From contig CAVRCJ010000003.1 of NCBI GenBank assembly GCA_963719515.1, positions 256,001-320,000 on the forward strand: a stretch of 64,000 bases of DNA. Reading direction: 5' to 3'. How positions within the stretch are numbered: position 1 is the stretch's first letter; the number at the start of each line of letters is the position of its first letter. The DNA is from an uncultured cyanobacterium. GTDB lineage: Bacteria; Cyanobacteriota; Cyanobacteriia; CAKZMO01. The notes under the pieces are model-generated. The model was given only the letters and a program-made list of their open reading frames with translations, was not told where the DNA came from and searched no databases. Below, piece by piece: positions 50,586-62,339 of this stretch. The position numbers and the translations under genes are program-made.

Positions 50586-53369
50586 TCACGCTTTTGACTC
50601 GGCGTCGGCCTTAGTCTCTGTCGCGATCGCCTTCGACGTCGCGGAGGCCTTTTTCGCAGAGGCTTTACCGGCAGTGGTCTTACTGCCGGAGGCTTTGGCC
50701 GCTGTGGATTTCTTAGCGGTAGATTTAGTGGTTTTGGCGGTAGTTTTCTTCGTTGTAGACTTGGTAGCTTTCTTCGTCGTAGACTTCGTCTTGGTCTTGC
50801 CCTTAGTTTCCGCCTTGGCCGCCAGCAGCTCCACCGCCTTTTCTAAAGTAATCGACTCAACCGTCTCCCCCTCCGGCAGCGATGCGTTGGTCTTACCGTG
50901 CTTCACGTAAAGCCCGTAGGGACCGTCATAAACGCCAATCATCTCCCCGCCATCGGGGTGGTTGCCCACCTCTCGCAGCGGCGTCGCCGACTTGCGTCCC
51001 CGTCCGCGCTTGGGCTGGGCCAATAGCTCTAGCGCCCGTTCGAGGCCCACCGCCAGGACATCGTCCTCTTTTTTTAGGGAGCGGTAATCTTTGCCGTCTT
51101 TTCCCTGGTCATGCACCACATAGGGGCCAAAGCGCCCTAGGCCGGCTTTCACCTTAGCGCCGGTATCGGGATGCTCTCCTAATAAGCGGGGCAGGGACAG
51201 CAGTCCCACCGCTTTCTCCAACGTGACGTCGTTGAGGGTCATGCCCTTAGGCAGCGAGGCCCGCTTGGGTTTTTTAGCCTTTTTGCCGTCCTCGGTTTCC
51301 TCTTCCTTGACCTCCTCGCCCATCTGCACATAAGGGCCGTAGGGGCCAATCAGAACGTAGATGGGTTCGTCGGTTTCAGGATGAATTCCGAGCTGCTGCG
51401 GGCCTTCAGTTTTTTGCTTTAGCAGCAGCTGAATCTGGTCATCAGTCAGGTCAGAGGGCGTCAGGTCGTAAGGAATAGAGGCCTTGACGGGGCCTTCCTC
51501 TCCGTCCGCCTCAATGTAGGCTCCGTAGCGACCAATGCGGACCTTGACGTCGAGACCCTCAAGGTTGACGGTGCGGGCTTCTCCGGGATCAATTTGATCC
51601 TCTCGCTGCTTGACCAGCGTATCTAGCCCGCTTTGCCCTGAATAGAACTCCTTTAGATAGGGCAGCCAGCTGGTCTCTCCCGTAGAGATGTCGTCCAGGG
51701 TCTGCTCCATGCGGGCGGTGAAGCTGGGGTCGACGAGGTCAGGAAAATGCTGCTCTAGCAGGGCAGTGACGGCAAAGGCGGTAAACGAGGGCACCAGGGC
51801 GTTCTTAATCATCTGGGCATAGCCCCGGTCGATGATGGTGCCGATGATGGTGGCGTAGGTGCTAGGGCGTCCAATGCCCTCGCTCTCTAGCGTTTTCACC
51901 AGAGAGGCCTCAGTGTAGCGGGCGGGGGGCTGGGTTTCGTGGCCCACTGCCTCCAGGGTGCGGCAGTCTGGGGCATCCCCCTCCCGCAGCGCTGGCAGCA
52001 CCACCTCCTGGTTTTCGATGGCCGCGTTGGGGTCATCAGAGCCCTCGACGTAGGCGCGGAAGAAGCCCGGAAAGTCGATGCGCTTGCCGGAGGCGCGGAA
52101 CAGGGCATTGTCTACCTGCAGCTGGACGGTGATGTGGGTCTGGCGGGCCTCAGCCATCTGAGTGGCTACGGTGCGCTTCCAGATTAGGTCGTAGAGCTGT
52201 AGGTCGCGCCCTGACAGGGCGGTTTGCTTAGGGGTGCGGAAGGTGCCGCCCGCCGGACGAATCGCCTCGTGGGCCTCCTGCGCACCCTTAGATTTGGTTG
52301 AATACTGACGCGGCGACGGGCTGAGGTAATCCTCACCGTACATATTCTGCACGCAGCTGCGTGCGGCGGCAATCGCCTGCTGAGACAGGTGCACCGAGTC
52401 GGTCCGCATGTAGGTGATGAAGCCCCGCTCGTAGAGGCCCTGGGCGGTGCGCATAGTGTCGCGGGCCGAGAGGCTGAGCTTGCGGTTGGCCTCCTGCTGC
52501 AGCGTGGAGGTAGTAAAGGGAGGGGAGGGCTTGCGGGTCGCCGATCGCTCCTCTAGGCCAGCGACGGTCCAGGTCTGGGTGCGCAGCCGCTCCTGGAGCG
52601 ATCGCGCCTGCTCCTCATTGAGCAGCAGCACGTTGCGGCCTTCGATAACCTGGCCGGTGGATTCGTCGAAGTCGCTGCCCGTGGCCAGCCGCGTCCCGTC
52701 TAGGGACACTAGCTTGGCGTCGAAGGGCGTTTCGTCTTTGGTCAGCTCAGCTTTTAGATCCCAGTAAGCGCCCTGGCGGAATGCGCGGCGCTCCCGCTCC
52801 CGTCTGACCAGCAATCGCACCGCCACCGACTGCACCCGGCCTGCCGACAGGCCCCAGGCGATCTTCTTCCACAGCAGCGGCGAGAGCCGGTAGCCCACCA
52901 GCCGGTCCAAGATGCGGCGAGTCTCCTGGGCATGGACCAGCTGCTCATCCACATCGCGGCAGTTTTCTAGCGCCGCCTGAATGGCGCTTTCGGTAATCTC
53001 GTGAAACACCATGCGCTTGATGGGCACGTTGGGCTTCAAAATCTGCAGCAGATGCCAGCTAATGCTTTCCCCTTCACGGTCTTCGTCCGTCGCTAGCACC
53101 AGCTCGTCAGCGTTCTTGAGGGCCTGCTTCAGCTCTTTGACAACCTTTTTCTTGTCCTTTGGCACCACGTAAAGGGGCTGAAAATCAGACTCCACATTGA
53201 CCCCCAGCTTCGCCCACTCCTCTGACTTGACCGAAGCCGGTATCTCAGTGGCCGACTGGGGCAAATCGCGCACATGCCCCATGGACGCTTCCACCTGGTA
53301 GCCCGCTGGTAAGTAGTTTCGAATTGTCTTTGCCTTTGTCGGAGATTCAACAATAACGAGTGTTGACAT
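50586..53369 (-). CDS. topA: DNA topoisomerase I
   Basis: [41 protein letters not shown]; Topo_C repeats and a Lys/Thr-rich tail. Confidence 0.97.
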   Translation of the reverse strand: MSTLVIVESPTKAKTIRNYLPAGYQVEASMGHVRDLPQSATEIPASVKSEEWAKLGVNVESDFQPLYVVPKDKKKVVKELKQALKNADELVLATDEDREGESISWHLLQILKPNVPIKRMVFHEITESAIQAALENCRDVDEQLVHAQETRRILDRLVGYRLSPLLWKKIAWGLSAGRVQSVAVRLLVRRERERRAFRQGAYWDLKAELTKDETPFDAKLVSLDGTRLATGSDFDESTGQVIEGRNVLLLNEEQARSLQERLRTQTWTVAGLEERSATRKPSPPFTTSTLQQEANRKLSLSARDTMRTAQGLYERGFITYMRTDSVHLSQQAIAAARSCVQNMYGEDYLSPSPRQYSTKSKGAQEAHEAIRPAGGTFRTPKQTALSGRDLQLYDLIWKRTVATQMAEARQTHITVQLQVDNALFRASGKRIDFPGFFRAYVEGSDDPNAAIENQEVVLPALREGDAPDCRTLEAVGHETQPPARYTEASLVKTLESEGIGRPSTYATIIGTIIDRGYAQMIKNALVPSFTAFAVTALLEQHFPDLVDPSFTARMEQTLDDISTGETSWLPYLKEFYSGQSGLDTLVKQREDQIDPGEARTVNLEGLDVKVRIGRYGAYIEADGEEGPVKASIPYDLTPSDLTDDQIQLLLKQKTEGPQQLGIHPETDEPIYVLIGPYGPYVQMGEEVKEEETEDGKKAKKPKRASLPKGMTLNDVTLEKAVGLLSLPRLLGEHPDTGAKVKAGLGRFGPYVVHDQGKDGKDYRSLKKEDDVLAVGLERALELLAQPKRGRGRKSATPLREVGNHPDGGEMIGVYDGPYGLYVKHGKTNASLPEGETVESITLEKAVELLAAKAETKGKTKTKSTTKKATKSTTKKTTAKTTKSTAKKSTAAKASGSKTTAGKASAKKASATSKAIATETKADAESKA

Positions 53370-53813
53370 GGGCTTTTAATTAAAACGTATCTAATGGTGT
53401 GAGTATCTTTGAGGCTTAGTCTAGCGCCACAAACCTTAGAGCTGCCGGTGGTCCGTGCGGCGGTGGGTCAGAGGATTGCGTGTCTACGAGCTTACCGATA
53501 AACGGGTGTGTCCCTATCTACAGGCTATAGTCACATTAGCGGTATCGCTGGCATACCCATCCTGATTCTGTTATATATCTTTGTTGAGATTGCGCCAACA
53601 GACCTTCACGCCGTGTCTAATGTTTTACTTATAGCCAATACCAGCAGAAAACAAGGTGAAGTTATCCCTACCCGTGCCAAAATCCAGAGAGGTCACGCGG
53701 TATGATTCTCTGTAACGGATCATTACGGCTCTGATCGCAGACTCTGGGATAGCCAAGCCCAACTCGCTTTCTCCGTCAATCGTTAATGAATAGACCTACA
53801 GCGCCAATTTAGT

Positions 53814-55367
53814 ATGGATATTGCTAATTTATCGAGTCAGCTCAACGCAGGGGCAGTTTTGCCAGAGGGTATTGTCCTGTTGTCCTTGCTCACCGTTTTG
53901 GTGGGCGATTTGGTCACGGGCCGAACCTCCTCAGCCCGGTGGTCTCCCTACGTCGCCGTTGCCGGTCTGTTGGCAGCCCTGATTCCGCTCTATTGGCGGT
54001 GGAATATCGGAGAGACGTCCGCCTTCCTGGGGGCCTTCGATTCAGATCCCCTGAGCGTTGTCTTCCGGGGCATTATTGTCCTTTCAACCGCTATTACTAT
54101 CCTGATTTCGGTGCGGTACGTTCAGCAGTCCGGGACTCCCCTGGCTGAATTTATCGTCATCTTGCTGACGGCTACCCTAGGCGGCATGTTCCTCTCTGGC
54201 GCAACAGAGCTGGTGATGATCTTCGTTGCGCTAGAGACCCTAAGTATTTCTTCTTATCTGCTGACGGGCTATATGAAGCGCGACCCGCGCTCTAACGAGG
54301 CGGCCCTCAAGTATCTCCTGATTGGCGCGGCCAGTTCCGCCATTTTCCTATACGGCTCGTCCCTGCTCTACGGCCTCTCTGGCGGAGAAACCCAGCTGAC
54401 GGCGATCGCGGCCCAGCTCACGGACAGCAACGATCTGGGTCTGCTTATTGCCCTGGTCTTCGTGATTGCGGGCATTGCCTTTAAGATTGCTGCTGTTCCT
54501 TTCCATCAGTGGACCCCCGACGTCTATGAAGGGTCGCCAACGCCGATTGTGGCCTTTTTATCCGTAGGCTCGAAGACCGCTGGCTTTGCCCTCGCCGTAC
54601 GGATGTTGGTGACGACTTTCCCCCTGATCTCCGATCAGTGGCAGTTTGTGCTCACGGCTCTAGCAGCCCTGAGCATGGTTCTGGGTAACGTGGTGGCCTT
54701 GGCCCAAACCAGTATGAAGCGGCTGCTGGCCTATTCCTCTATCGGCCAGGCGGGCTTTGTGATGATTGGTCTGGTGGTGGGGACTGAGACCGGCTACGCC
54801 AGCATGGTGTTCTATCTCTTGGTCTATCTACTGATGAACCTAGGGGGCTTTGCCTGCATCATTCTATTCACCCTGCGCACTGGGACTGATGAGATCACCG
54901 AGTACAGTGGCCTATACCAAAAGGATCCGCTGCTGACGCTGGCGCTGAGCATCTGTTTGCTATCTCTAGGCGGAATTCCACCATTAGCCGGGTTCTTCGG
55001 CAAAATCTACCTGTTCTGGGCAGGCTGGCAGGCCGGAGCCTACGGCTTGGTCTTGTTGGGACTGGTCACCAGCGTCGTCTCCATCTACTACTACATTCGC
55101 GTCGTGAAGATGATGGTGGTCAAAGAGCCCCACGAGATGTCTGACGCCGTCAAGAACTACCCTGAAGTGCGCTGGGATTTGCCGGGAATGCGCCCGATTC
55201 AAGTAGCGATTGTGATCACGCTGGTGGGCACCTCTCTAGCAGGCATCCTTTCCAACCCGCTGTTTGCGATCGCCAACGGTTCGATAGCCCGTACGCCTCT
55301 GTTCCAGCCCAGCCTCACGACTTCGGCGGCAGCGCTCTCGCCAGTGGAAAGCGCAGAGACGCTTTAG
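53814..55367 (+). CDS. ndhB: NAD(P)H-quinone oxidoreductase subunit 2 (NdhB/NuoN)
   Basis: [50 protein letters not shown]. Confidence 0.96.
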   Translation: MDIANLSSQLNAGAVLPEGIVLLSLLTVLVGDLVTGRTSSARWSPYVAVAGLLAALIPLYWRWNIGETSAFLGAFDSDPLSVVFRGIIVLSTAITILISVRYVQQSGTPLAEFIVILLTATLGGMFLSGATELVMIFVALETLSISSYLLTGYMKRDPRSNEAALKYLLIGAASSAIFLYGSSLLYGLSGGETQLTAIAAQLTDSNDLGLLIALVFVIAGIAFKIAAVPFHQWTPDVYEGSPTPIVAFLSVGSKTAGFALAVRMLVTTFPLISDQWQFVLTALAALSMVLGNVVALAQTSMKRLLAYSSIGQAGFVMIGLVVGTETGYASMVFYLLVYLLMNLGGFACIILFTLRTGTDEITEYSGLYQKDPLLTLALSICLLSLGGIPPLAGFFGKIYLFWAGWQAGAYGLVLLGLVTSVVSIYYYIRVVKMMVVKEPHEMSDAVKNYPEVRWDLPGMRPIQVAIVITLVGTSLAGILSNPLFAIANGSIARTPLFQPSLTTSAAALSPVESAETL

Positions 55368-55375
55368 GATCAGCG

Positions 55376-57889
55376 TCACCGCTCGCGGTCTGGGAGGCGC
55401 GAGGCGCGATCTGACCGGCTAGATAGCCGCAGCTCCGCCTCGGCGATCGCCTCCCAGGCTGTTGCTGCCGCCTCTGCTGGAACAGAGATGGCGCCAATGC
55501 CCCACTCTACAAGTGACGCAATCGTCTGGGGGTGCTGGCTCGGCAAATCGCCGCAGATGGCGCTGGCGATACCGAGCTGTGCCGCCTGCTCGACGAGCTG
55601 TTTGATGGCCCGCAGCAGCGCTGGATGGGTGTGAAAGCGACTGCTGATGTCAGGCTGACTACGGTCGGCGGCAAACAGCAGCTGGGCTAGGTCATTGCTG
55701 CCCACCGCGATGCCCTGAACCCCTGCCTGCACGTACTCCGGCAGCAGCAGCAGCACTGACGGCACCTCCGCCATAATCCACAGCTGAAAACTCCCTACCT
55801 GGTTTAGCTGAGCCCGGACGATCATTTCCTGGGCGTAGGTGACCTCTTTCACAGACCGCACAAACGGCAGCACCAGCCGCAAGTTTGAGTATCCGGCCTG
55901 CTGGACCTGACGCAGGGCCGCTAGCTCAGTCTCGAACAGCTCGGGGTAAAGGCTGTAGCTATAGGTGCCGTGCTGACCTAGAGCCGGATTCCGCTCGTGA
56001 GGCTGCGGGGCTCCTTCGAGGTAGGAATACTCATCCGTGCAGAGATCGAGAGAGCGATAGAACACGGGGTCTGGAAACACTGCCGCCGCTATTTGGCTGA
56101 TGCGGGCGGCGATGCGGGCAACGAGTGAAGCTCGATTTCCAGTGGAGAGCCAGTGGAGGGGATGCCGCTGCTCTAATAGCGGCAGGAGCAGTAGCTCCGA
56201 GCGCAGTAGACCAATGCCGTCGATGGGAATGTTGGTGACGCTATAGAGCTGGTCGATGTGGCTGAGGGTGAGCATCAGCTTGGTGCGCGAAGTCTTTTGG
56301 GACGGCGATAGGCTGCAGAAACTCCCTATGGGGCGAATCCGATACTCTAATGTGTTGGCGGCCTTGGGCTTGAAAGGGGTTCTCCGAGCTAGGTGCAGTA
56401 GTGCGTGACGGTGCTTTGAGGTATTTTCGGCGGAGGAAATAGCGCTAGGGGAACCACTAGGGGGGAACTGAACGACGCTGCCGCGATCGCCATCTAGTAC
56501 AACGATGTCTCCGTCCTGCAGAAGCTGGGTAGCGTTAGTGACCCCGACCACAGCCGGAATGCCCAATCCCCGGGTCAAGATCGCCGCATGGCTCGTCATC
56601 CCTCCCTGCTCCGTTACCACGCCAGCAGACTGCTGGAGCAGCGGCATCCAGTCTATGGTGACGTCCACAGCAAGCAAAATAGCGTTGGGGGGAATCCAAT
56701 CTCGGGGGGAGTGGACCCGATAAATCCGCCCCCTCACCTGTCCTGGGGATGCTCCTAGGCCCGTTAGGCTGGCTGGGGGTGCTGCCAGCCGCTGGTTCAC
56801 CGGTAGGGCCGCCTTGTGCTCTATAGACGGGCAGGGGGGACCAGATGGTTCGGTCTGCTCGACGGTAGCCGGTTGCGCTGGGGCCGTAAGCTGGGTGAGA
56901 TAGACAGAGCTGTCTTGGTGGGGGCGATCGCAGATTATCCAGTCCAGCTTAATTTGAGTCGCGGCAGTTGGCTTGTGGGACCAATGCTCCGCAACAGAGC
57001 GGCCCAGCGTGACGAGCTGCTGCCGCTGGGTTGGGCTGAGAATAGAGGGCTGGAGGCATTGCCGGTACTGCAGGGTTGGGGGGACGCCGATAAGCAGGCC
57101 AGGAGCCTCTGCTTTGGGACTGTCACTAGATCCAAGCCAGTAAGCATGGGTCTGCTGGGCAGCGCTGTCTTGCGTTTGAGCCGCTTGGCCGGTTTGAGCA
57201 GACTGCTTAAAATCTACATGGTGACATTCGGGCAATGCTTCCCCTAGGGCGAGGGCATGGCCCAGTCCTTGGACGCTTCGCAGGGTCAGCCGACTATCTT
57301 TAATTTCTAAGTCCCCCGACGCGACGGCGGGCAGCAGCGGTTGAATCACGAGGGCTAGCTTCACCTGGGTCAGACAAACCCCAATTTTTCGCCAATAAAA
57401 TAGACTGCTGGCCGCAAACAGCTGCGCCCAAGCCGCCTTCATGCCGCCAACAGCCGCCTCTAGGTTCGCTAAAGTAAGCTGCGATCGCAGCAGCCCTTTC
57501 GGGGGTGGCATTGCCATTCCCTCTACCGTAAGAGAGGGGCGAAAGACGAGGGTAGAGGCCTGCAGCTCGGCAAGATACTGCTCTAGGGGCGATCGCCAGC
57601 GCTGTGGTAACGGCTGAGCGTGGATAGTCCCCTGCAGCTGCTGGGCCACAGACTGGAGCTGATAGGAGTCATTGACGTTAACCTGTAGCGCTGACGCTGG
57701 CAGGCCGTCCGTTAGAGGCTCTCCCCAGTCAATTTGAGCTAAAAACTGAGGCCACATTGGTGCTGTAGCGACGAGCCCAGGCACACTTTGAAATCCCCGC
57801 TGCAGCAGCGAAGCAAGATGAGCAGCTTTACTGCCTACGACGAGCGGATCTTCAGCTCGGGGATCGCTAAGAGAATAAAAGGAGACCAT
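55376..57889 (-). CDS. PEP-utilising enzyme-like protein (PEP synthase paralogue with a divergent N-domain)
   Basis: VGSKA; mobile His domain GGMTSHAAI; GIGLLRSE, ERNPALG, MAEVPS, GSNDL, ICG. Confidence 0.8.
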   Translation of the reverse strand: MVSFYSLSDPRAEDPLVVGSKAAHLASLLQRGFQSVPGLVATAPMWPQFLAQIDWGEPLTDGLPASALQVNVNDSYQLQSVAQQLQGTIHAQPLPQRWRSPLEQYLAELQASTLVFRPSLTVEGMAMPPPKGLLRSQLTLANLEAAVGGMKAAWAQLFAASSLFYWRKIGVCLTQVKLALVIQPLLPAVASGDLEIKDSRLTLRSVQGLGHALALGEALPECHHVDFKQSAQTGQAAQTQDSAAQQTHAYWLGSSDSPKAEAPGLLIGVPPTLQYRQCLQPSILSPTQRQQLVTLGRSVAEHWSHKPTAATQIKLDWIICDRPHQDSSVYLTQLTAPAQPATVEQTEPSGPPCPSIEHKAALPVNQRLAAPPASLTGLGASPGQVRGRIYRVHSPRDWIPPNAILLAVDVTIDWMPLLQQSAGVVTEQGGMTSHAAILTRGLGIPAVVGVTNATQLLQDGDIVVLDGDRGSVVQFPPSGSPSAISSAENTSKHRHALLHLARRTPFKPKAANTLEYRIRPIGSFCSLSPSQKTSRTKLMLTLSHIDQLYSVTNIPIDGIGLLRSELLLLPLLEQRHPLHWLSTGNRASLVARIAARISQIAAAVFPDPVFYRSLDLCTDEYSYLEGAPQPHERNPALGQHGTYSYSLYPELFETELAALRQVQQAGYSNLRLVLPFVRSVKEVTYAQEMIVRAQLNQVGSFQLWIMAEVPSVLLLLPEYVQAGVQGIAVGSNDLAQLLFAADRSQPDISSRFHTHPALLRAIKQLVEQAAQLGIASAICGDLPSQHPQTIASLVEWGIGAISVPAEAAATAWEAIAEAELRLSSRSDRASRLPDRER

Positions 57890-58170
57890 ATGCGCTGGAG
57901 GCGTTCCTTGAAGGGGGCGCTGCAAACCGAAGCGTAACGCATTTAGCGCCAGGATAACTGTCCATTGAGTGAGCAAAGCTCCTCAGACCTAATCGATAGG
58001 TGACCTTGTGTCAATGGAGAACAGCCACATCTTGACACAAGATCTGCCTCAAATACCATTTTCGCGAAGCAGCGAATTCGTAAAGCAGCCCAGTTGTGAA
58101 GTGGTACATTGAAGGACCGGCACGGCGTCTACTGCCATGCCCTTACCACCCTTACCGACCCCTACCCACG

Positions 58171-59217
58171 ATGGTTCAGGCGAGCGATTCAGTCGCAGTA
58201 CCGCAGGACGAGCAAAGTCCATCAGTCGATTCTCTTTCCCCTCCGTTCCAGCTTCCCGACCCTGAGGACGATGGCGTCTCAGATGTGGAGTTTCAGCAGC
58301 AGGTGACCGTTGCCTGGCAAATTTGCCATCGATTTGACCTACAGACCGATATTTGGCGGGGTCGCATCCTCACCGTGGTGCGCGATCGCGAAAGCCGCCG
58401 AGGGGAGGGGCGAGGCACTGGCTTTTTAAACTGGCTCAAGGACCACGAAATCAGTAAATCCCAGGCCTACCGGCTCATTGAGCTGGCGGACAGCGCCGAC
58501 GCCGTGTTTGAAGAAGGCTGGCTACAGCCCCAGGACGTCAACCAGTTCAGTAAGCAGGCTTTTTTAGAGACGGCACAGGCAGCACCCGAGGTGCGCCAGT
58601 TGGTGAGCGAAGCGGCTCAGCGGGGCGATCGGATCACGCGGCAAAACGTGCGGCAGCTCTCGGACGACTGGAGCGCCATGACCTCAGAGCTAGTGCCCGA
58701 CCAAGTGCGGCAAAAGGTGGCCAACGACGTCATCCCTACCCGCTACGTGGGACCGCTGGTGAAGGAGCTAGAAAAGCTACCCCCCTCCCACCAGTCTTCC
58801 CTACAGGAGGAGCTGGTGGAGAACCCTGACCTCGATACCCTGAAGCAGGTGACCGCAGACGCTCGCTCATTGGCAAAGTACTTGGCCGCCGCCGAGCAGG
58901 TGCAGGCCATCCGCGAGACTTTAGATATGGAGGCCGCTCTTGATGAGGCGCTGCGGGTGGGCTGCTTAACGGCGGTGGCGGATATGGTGCAGCAGGCGGG
59001 CCAGCTGGAGCAGGCGATCGCCCGGGTGTATACCACCTGGAAGCGGGTGGTGCAGCTTTCGGAGCGGGTCTATGTGGATAGCGGAGCCAGCACGCCACAT
59101 TTGCGATCGCTATTGGCCCATTTAGAGCCGCTGAGCGGGGAGACCGTCGAGATTCAGATGGGGGAGCCGGACAGCGGGTTTTTCCGGCAAATTCGCCTGA
59201 CTATAGAAGACACCTAG
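58171..59217 (+). CDS. Conserved cyanobacterial hypothetical protein
   Basis: Long ORF with FDLQTDIWRGRIL, GFLNWLKDHEISKSQAYRLI (HTH-like) and SGASTPHLR. Confidence 0.75.
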   Translation: MVQASDSVAVPQDEQSPSVDSLSPPFQLPDPEDDGVSDVEFQQQVTVAWQICHRFDLQTDIWRGRILTVVRDRESRRGEGRGTGFLNWLKDHEISKSQAYRLIELADSADAVFEEGWLQPQDVNQFSKQAFLETAQAAPEVRQLVSEAAQRGDRITRQNVRQLSDDWSAMTSELVPDQVRQKVANDVIPTRYVGPLVKELEKLPPSHQSSLQEELVENPDLDTLKQVTADARSLAKYLAAAEQVQAIRETLDMEAALDEALRVGCLTAVADMVQQAGQLEQAIARVYTTWKRVVQLSERVYVDSGASTPHLRSLLAHLEPLSGETVEIQMGEPDSGFFRQIRLTIEDT

Positions 59218-59358
59218 ACTTAGCTGCTCCTGTTTACCCTACTCGTCGCTGGATACTGAGGCAGGCTCGCCTCTGGGTACTAAGGCGGGCTCGCCTCAGC
59301 GCGGTCGGTAATCCTAAGTAAGGTGGTGTACAGAGTTCTCAGCTGCAGATGCGATTGC

Positions 59359-60456
59359 CTAAACACGCTGAGCCCAAACCGCATTTACGTCCGCTTCCAG
59401 ACGCGCCACAAGCTGATCACGCTGTTTGTACAGCCGCTTCAACGGTCGAGGCGCACAGTGCTTGAGGACATAGGCTGCCAAAATAGGCAGGGCGATGGTG
59501 CTGTCGGTGTAGCACACCACGCTGCTGGGCAGCTCGTTGGGGTCGAGCTTGCCCCAGCTTACGGCCTCGCTTGGCGTTGCCCCCGACAGCCCTCCGGTAT
59601 CGGGCCGCGCGTCGGTAACCTGCATGAAGTAATCGTGTCCCCGCTCCTCCAAGCCGAGCACCTCGTGTAGGTGGGGCTGGGTTTGAAGCAAAAAGTTTTT
59701 GGGGCTACCTCCCCCCAGAATCAAAGCGGCGCTCTTGCCGCGATTGTCCGGGTCTCTGGCCCCGTAGGCGATCGCCGCCGTCTCGTTGACGTCAAGGGAG
59801 GGGTCTAGCACCAGCTGGTTGCCCCTCAAGGCTAGGGCCGCGACGTTCATGCCGATAGAGCTGTCGCCCGGAGACGAGGTATAGATAGGAACGTCACATT
59901 GGTAAGCCGTCGACAGCAAACAGGTATGCTCTGCCCCCCGGTGGGCCTCTACCTGGGCGATCGCTTCCCCAAGCCGATAGTGCAGCTCGGCGGTGCTCAT
60001 GCGCCTTTGAAAGCAGGCGGACTGCAGTACAGCACGGATGAAGGCGTCGGTTTCCAACAGGACGCTGTAGTCAAACACGATGTCATAGATACGGATGCTG
60101 CCCTGGGCTCTGAGCTGAGCGTCATCCATCTGAGGCTGCCCTTTGCTTAGACAGTGGCCCAAGCCATAGTGCAAATCGTGGTAGAGGTTGGCCCCTGTGC
60201 TGATGATGTAGTCAATCGCCCCCGCCCGAATTAGGGGAGCTAGCACCGAGGTGCCAAACCCGGCTGGCGTCAGCGCCCCAGACAGGCTGAGGCCAACGGT
60301 AACGTCAGGCTTGACCACCTGTCGATGGAGCAGCTGGCACAGCTCCCTCAATCGGGCAGAGTTGTAGGCCGTGAAGTACGAATTAACAATTTCTTCGAAA
60401 GGCGTCTCTGCCGTCAGGGGGGTCGGAGAAATTTTTTGGCGATTCGCCTTGGTCAT
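59359..60456 (-). CDS. Deoxyhypusine synthase-like homospermidine synthase (SpeY-like)
   Basis: SGALTPAG, STGANLYHD, LGGGSPKN, GGLSGATPSEAVSWGK (catalytic Lys present). Confidence 0.88.
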   Translation of the reverse strand: MTKANRQKISPTPLTAETPFEEIVNSYFTAYNSARLRELCQLLHRQVVKPDVTVGLSLSGALTPAGFGTSVLAPLIRAGAIDYIISTGANLYHDLHYGLGHCLSKGQPQMDDAQLRAQGSIRIYDIVFDYSVLLETDAFIRAVLQSACFQRRMSTAELHYRLGEAIAQVEAHRGAEHTCLLSTAYQCDVPIYTSSPGDSSIGMNVAALALRGNQLVLDPSLDVNETAAIAYGARDPDNRGKSAALILGGGSPKNFLLQTQPHLHEVLGLEERGHDYFMQVTDARPDTGGLSGATPSEAVSWGKLDPNELPSSVVCYTDSTIALPILAAYVLKHCAPRPLKRLYKQRDQLVARLEADVNAVWAQRV

Positions 60457-60870
60457 GGTGTTTAGGAGTTCCTTCGGAATTAATGTCGATGTGCCGCGCA
60501 AACATGCCGCAGCCTGAGACAGGTCGAAATCTTTCTTGATATCCTGGTAGAGGTAAGACCCACACGGCAGATGTGCTTATTTCGATGAAACGGTTAGAGA
60601 TGCCGTAAAACTGAGGCGGCTCTCTTCTCCAGGGTGCAAAGCTACAGTGACATGGATTTGCAGGGCAAGCGGCTATATTCCCCGCATTGCAGGATGCAGT
60701 TTAGCTATCTTAGCGCTGGCTTCTCTGCAGCTAATCCGCCTTTCCCCCTATCGCTGACGTGATCCGGACAATGCATTTAGTTTGGTGCATACGTCGTTCG
60801 TATCGTACCTAGGGCTGTTGCGTGGGTCCTGTAGCGCGCTCGATACGCTTTTAACGCATCACCAATTCCC

Positions 60871-62268
60871 ATGGCCGCACAAGACAAGTGGTTCTCAAGT
60901 CTATTCTGCCGTCAGCCCGCTGCGGCGCTTCCTGATTGGATACCCCGTCCGCTTTCTCAAGCGTCCCAGTTTTGGCGAGTCTCTAGTCTCTTGGGGGGCA
61001 TTGTTCTGGCATCGGCAGGCCTGTATGCCATTACGCGCCCCTGCGTTATCGGCCCTTGTCCGCTCCTGGCCCAACCGGTAGGCCACACGGCTGGTCTACT
61101 CGCCCCCACCGCCACCTCGGAAGACGTGGTCGAGGCCTATGATTTGGTGCTAGAGGCGATCGCCGCTCTGAGCCATATTCCGGTTTGGTCTTCTCGCCAC
61201 GCTACTGCCCAGTCCCATTTGCAGCTCTATACTGCTCAGGCTGACGAGCTGGCCAAGCTAATGGCGGCGCTGCAGCATGGGCGAGAGGCCGCTATTGCCA
61301 GTCAGCATGCCCCCCACTCTCTCGATGTTTGGCGCAGCGTCGAGCAAGACTGGAAAAGGGCGATCGCCGAGCTAAACCGGGTTCCTGCGGGTACCTCAGG
61401 GTTCCACGTTGCCCAGCGAAAACTGCAGGAGTATGAGAACAATCAAGCTGCGATCGCCCGCCGTATCGCCTTAGAGCAGCAGGCTCAGACGAGAGTTTCC
61501 GAAGCGCGTCAGGCTGCAGCCTTAGCGGAAGCCCGCGCCAGCCGCGCCAGATCAGCCGAAGATTGGCAATACGTCCAGGTGACTTGGCAGGTGGTTCTCG
61601 ATCGCCTAGCGGAGGTGGATGGGCAGACCATGGCTCACGCTGAAGCACAGCAGCTTGAGGCCCTCTACAGCCCTCTCCATCAGCTTGCCGACGAGCAACA
61701 GCGCCAAGAGCAGCGCTCCACCGCCGTCTACCAACAGTCTAAGACCCTGGCACGGCAGGCTGAGAGCTTTGAAGAGCAGGGGCAGTGGTCCCTGGCAGTA
61801 GCTCACTGGCAGCAGGCGCTTCAGCAGGTGCGTCAGGTGCCTGAAGATACCCTCTACTACGATCGGGCCCAGCCGCTGGTCAGCGCCTACACAAAGTCTC
61901 TGGAGCGATCGCTGCAGGGATTTCAGATTTCGTCTACGGTACAGACGTCTCGGTCAGACGTTGACCAGGCCTGTCAGCGGTCGGAACTCTGTCAGGTGAC
62001 GGCGGCAAGCCACGCGATTCAAGTTTGGGTCACCGATGTCTATCGGCAGGCGGTAGACCAAGCCATCCGCGATCGAAGCTCGGGAGCGCCTGCTACCGTA
62101 GAGAAGCCGGTGCAGTACCTCGTGCAGTCGATGGCGGCCCTCGGGACCGCGGTTCAAGTTCCCATCGAGTTTTATGATGGGGCGGGGCTGCTGATGGGCA
62201 CCTACCAACCCGATACCGCCAGCTACCGTCTCCCAGCTGAGCCGGCCTTAGCTTGGGTTGCCCCCTAG
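60871..62268 (+). CDS. Membrane-anchored hypothetical protein with helical repeats
   Basis: TM segment followed by TRPCVIGPC; repeated W..AI..L..VP motifs. Confidence 0.7.
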   Translation: MAAQDKWFSSLFCRQPAAALPDWIPRPLSQASQFWRVSSLLGGIVLASAGLYAITRPCVIGPCPLLAQPVGHTAGLLAPTATSEDVVEAYDLVLEAIAALSHIPVWSSRHATAQSHLQLYTAQADELAKLMAALQHGREAAIASQHAPHSLDVWRSVEQDWKRAIAELNRVPAGTSGFHVAQRKLQEYENNQAAIARRIALEQQAQTRVSEARQAAALAEARASRARSAEDWQYVQVTWQVVLDRLAEVDGQTMAHAEAQQLEALYSPLHQLADEQQRQEQRSTAVYQQSKTLARQAESFEEQGQWSLAVAHWQQALQQVRQVPEDTLYYDRAQPLVSAYTKSLERSLQGFQISSTVQTSRSDVDQACQRSELCQVTAASHAIQVWVTDVYRQAVDQAIRDRSSGAPATVEKPVQYLVQSMAALGTAVQVPIEFYDGAGLLMGTYQPDTASYRLPAEPALAWVAP

Positions 62269-62339
62269 CCGAGCCTATACAGTACAGTGCGGTCTGTGGT
62301 AGGACAGTAGAGCATTTTCCCAACTTGGCAGTAAGACGA

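Noticed and set aside
50586..50810. Lys/Thr-rich repeats at the topA C-terminus
   Set aside because: A basic low-complexity tail is common in cyanobacterial and actinobacterial TopA
53712..53726. NtcA-like site upstream of ndhB
   Set aside because: Spacing is GTA-N9-TAC, not N8
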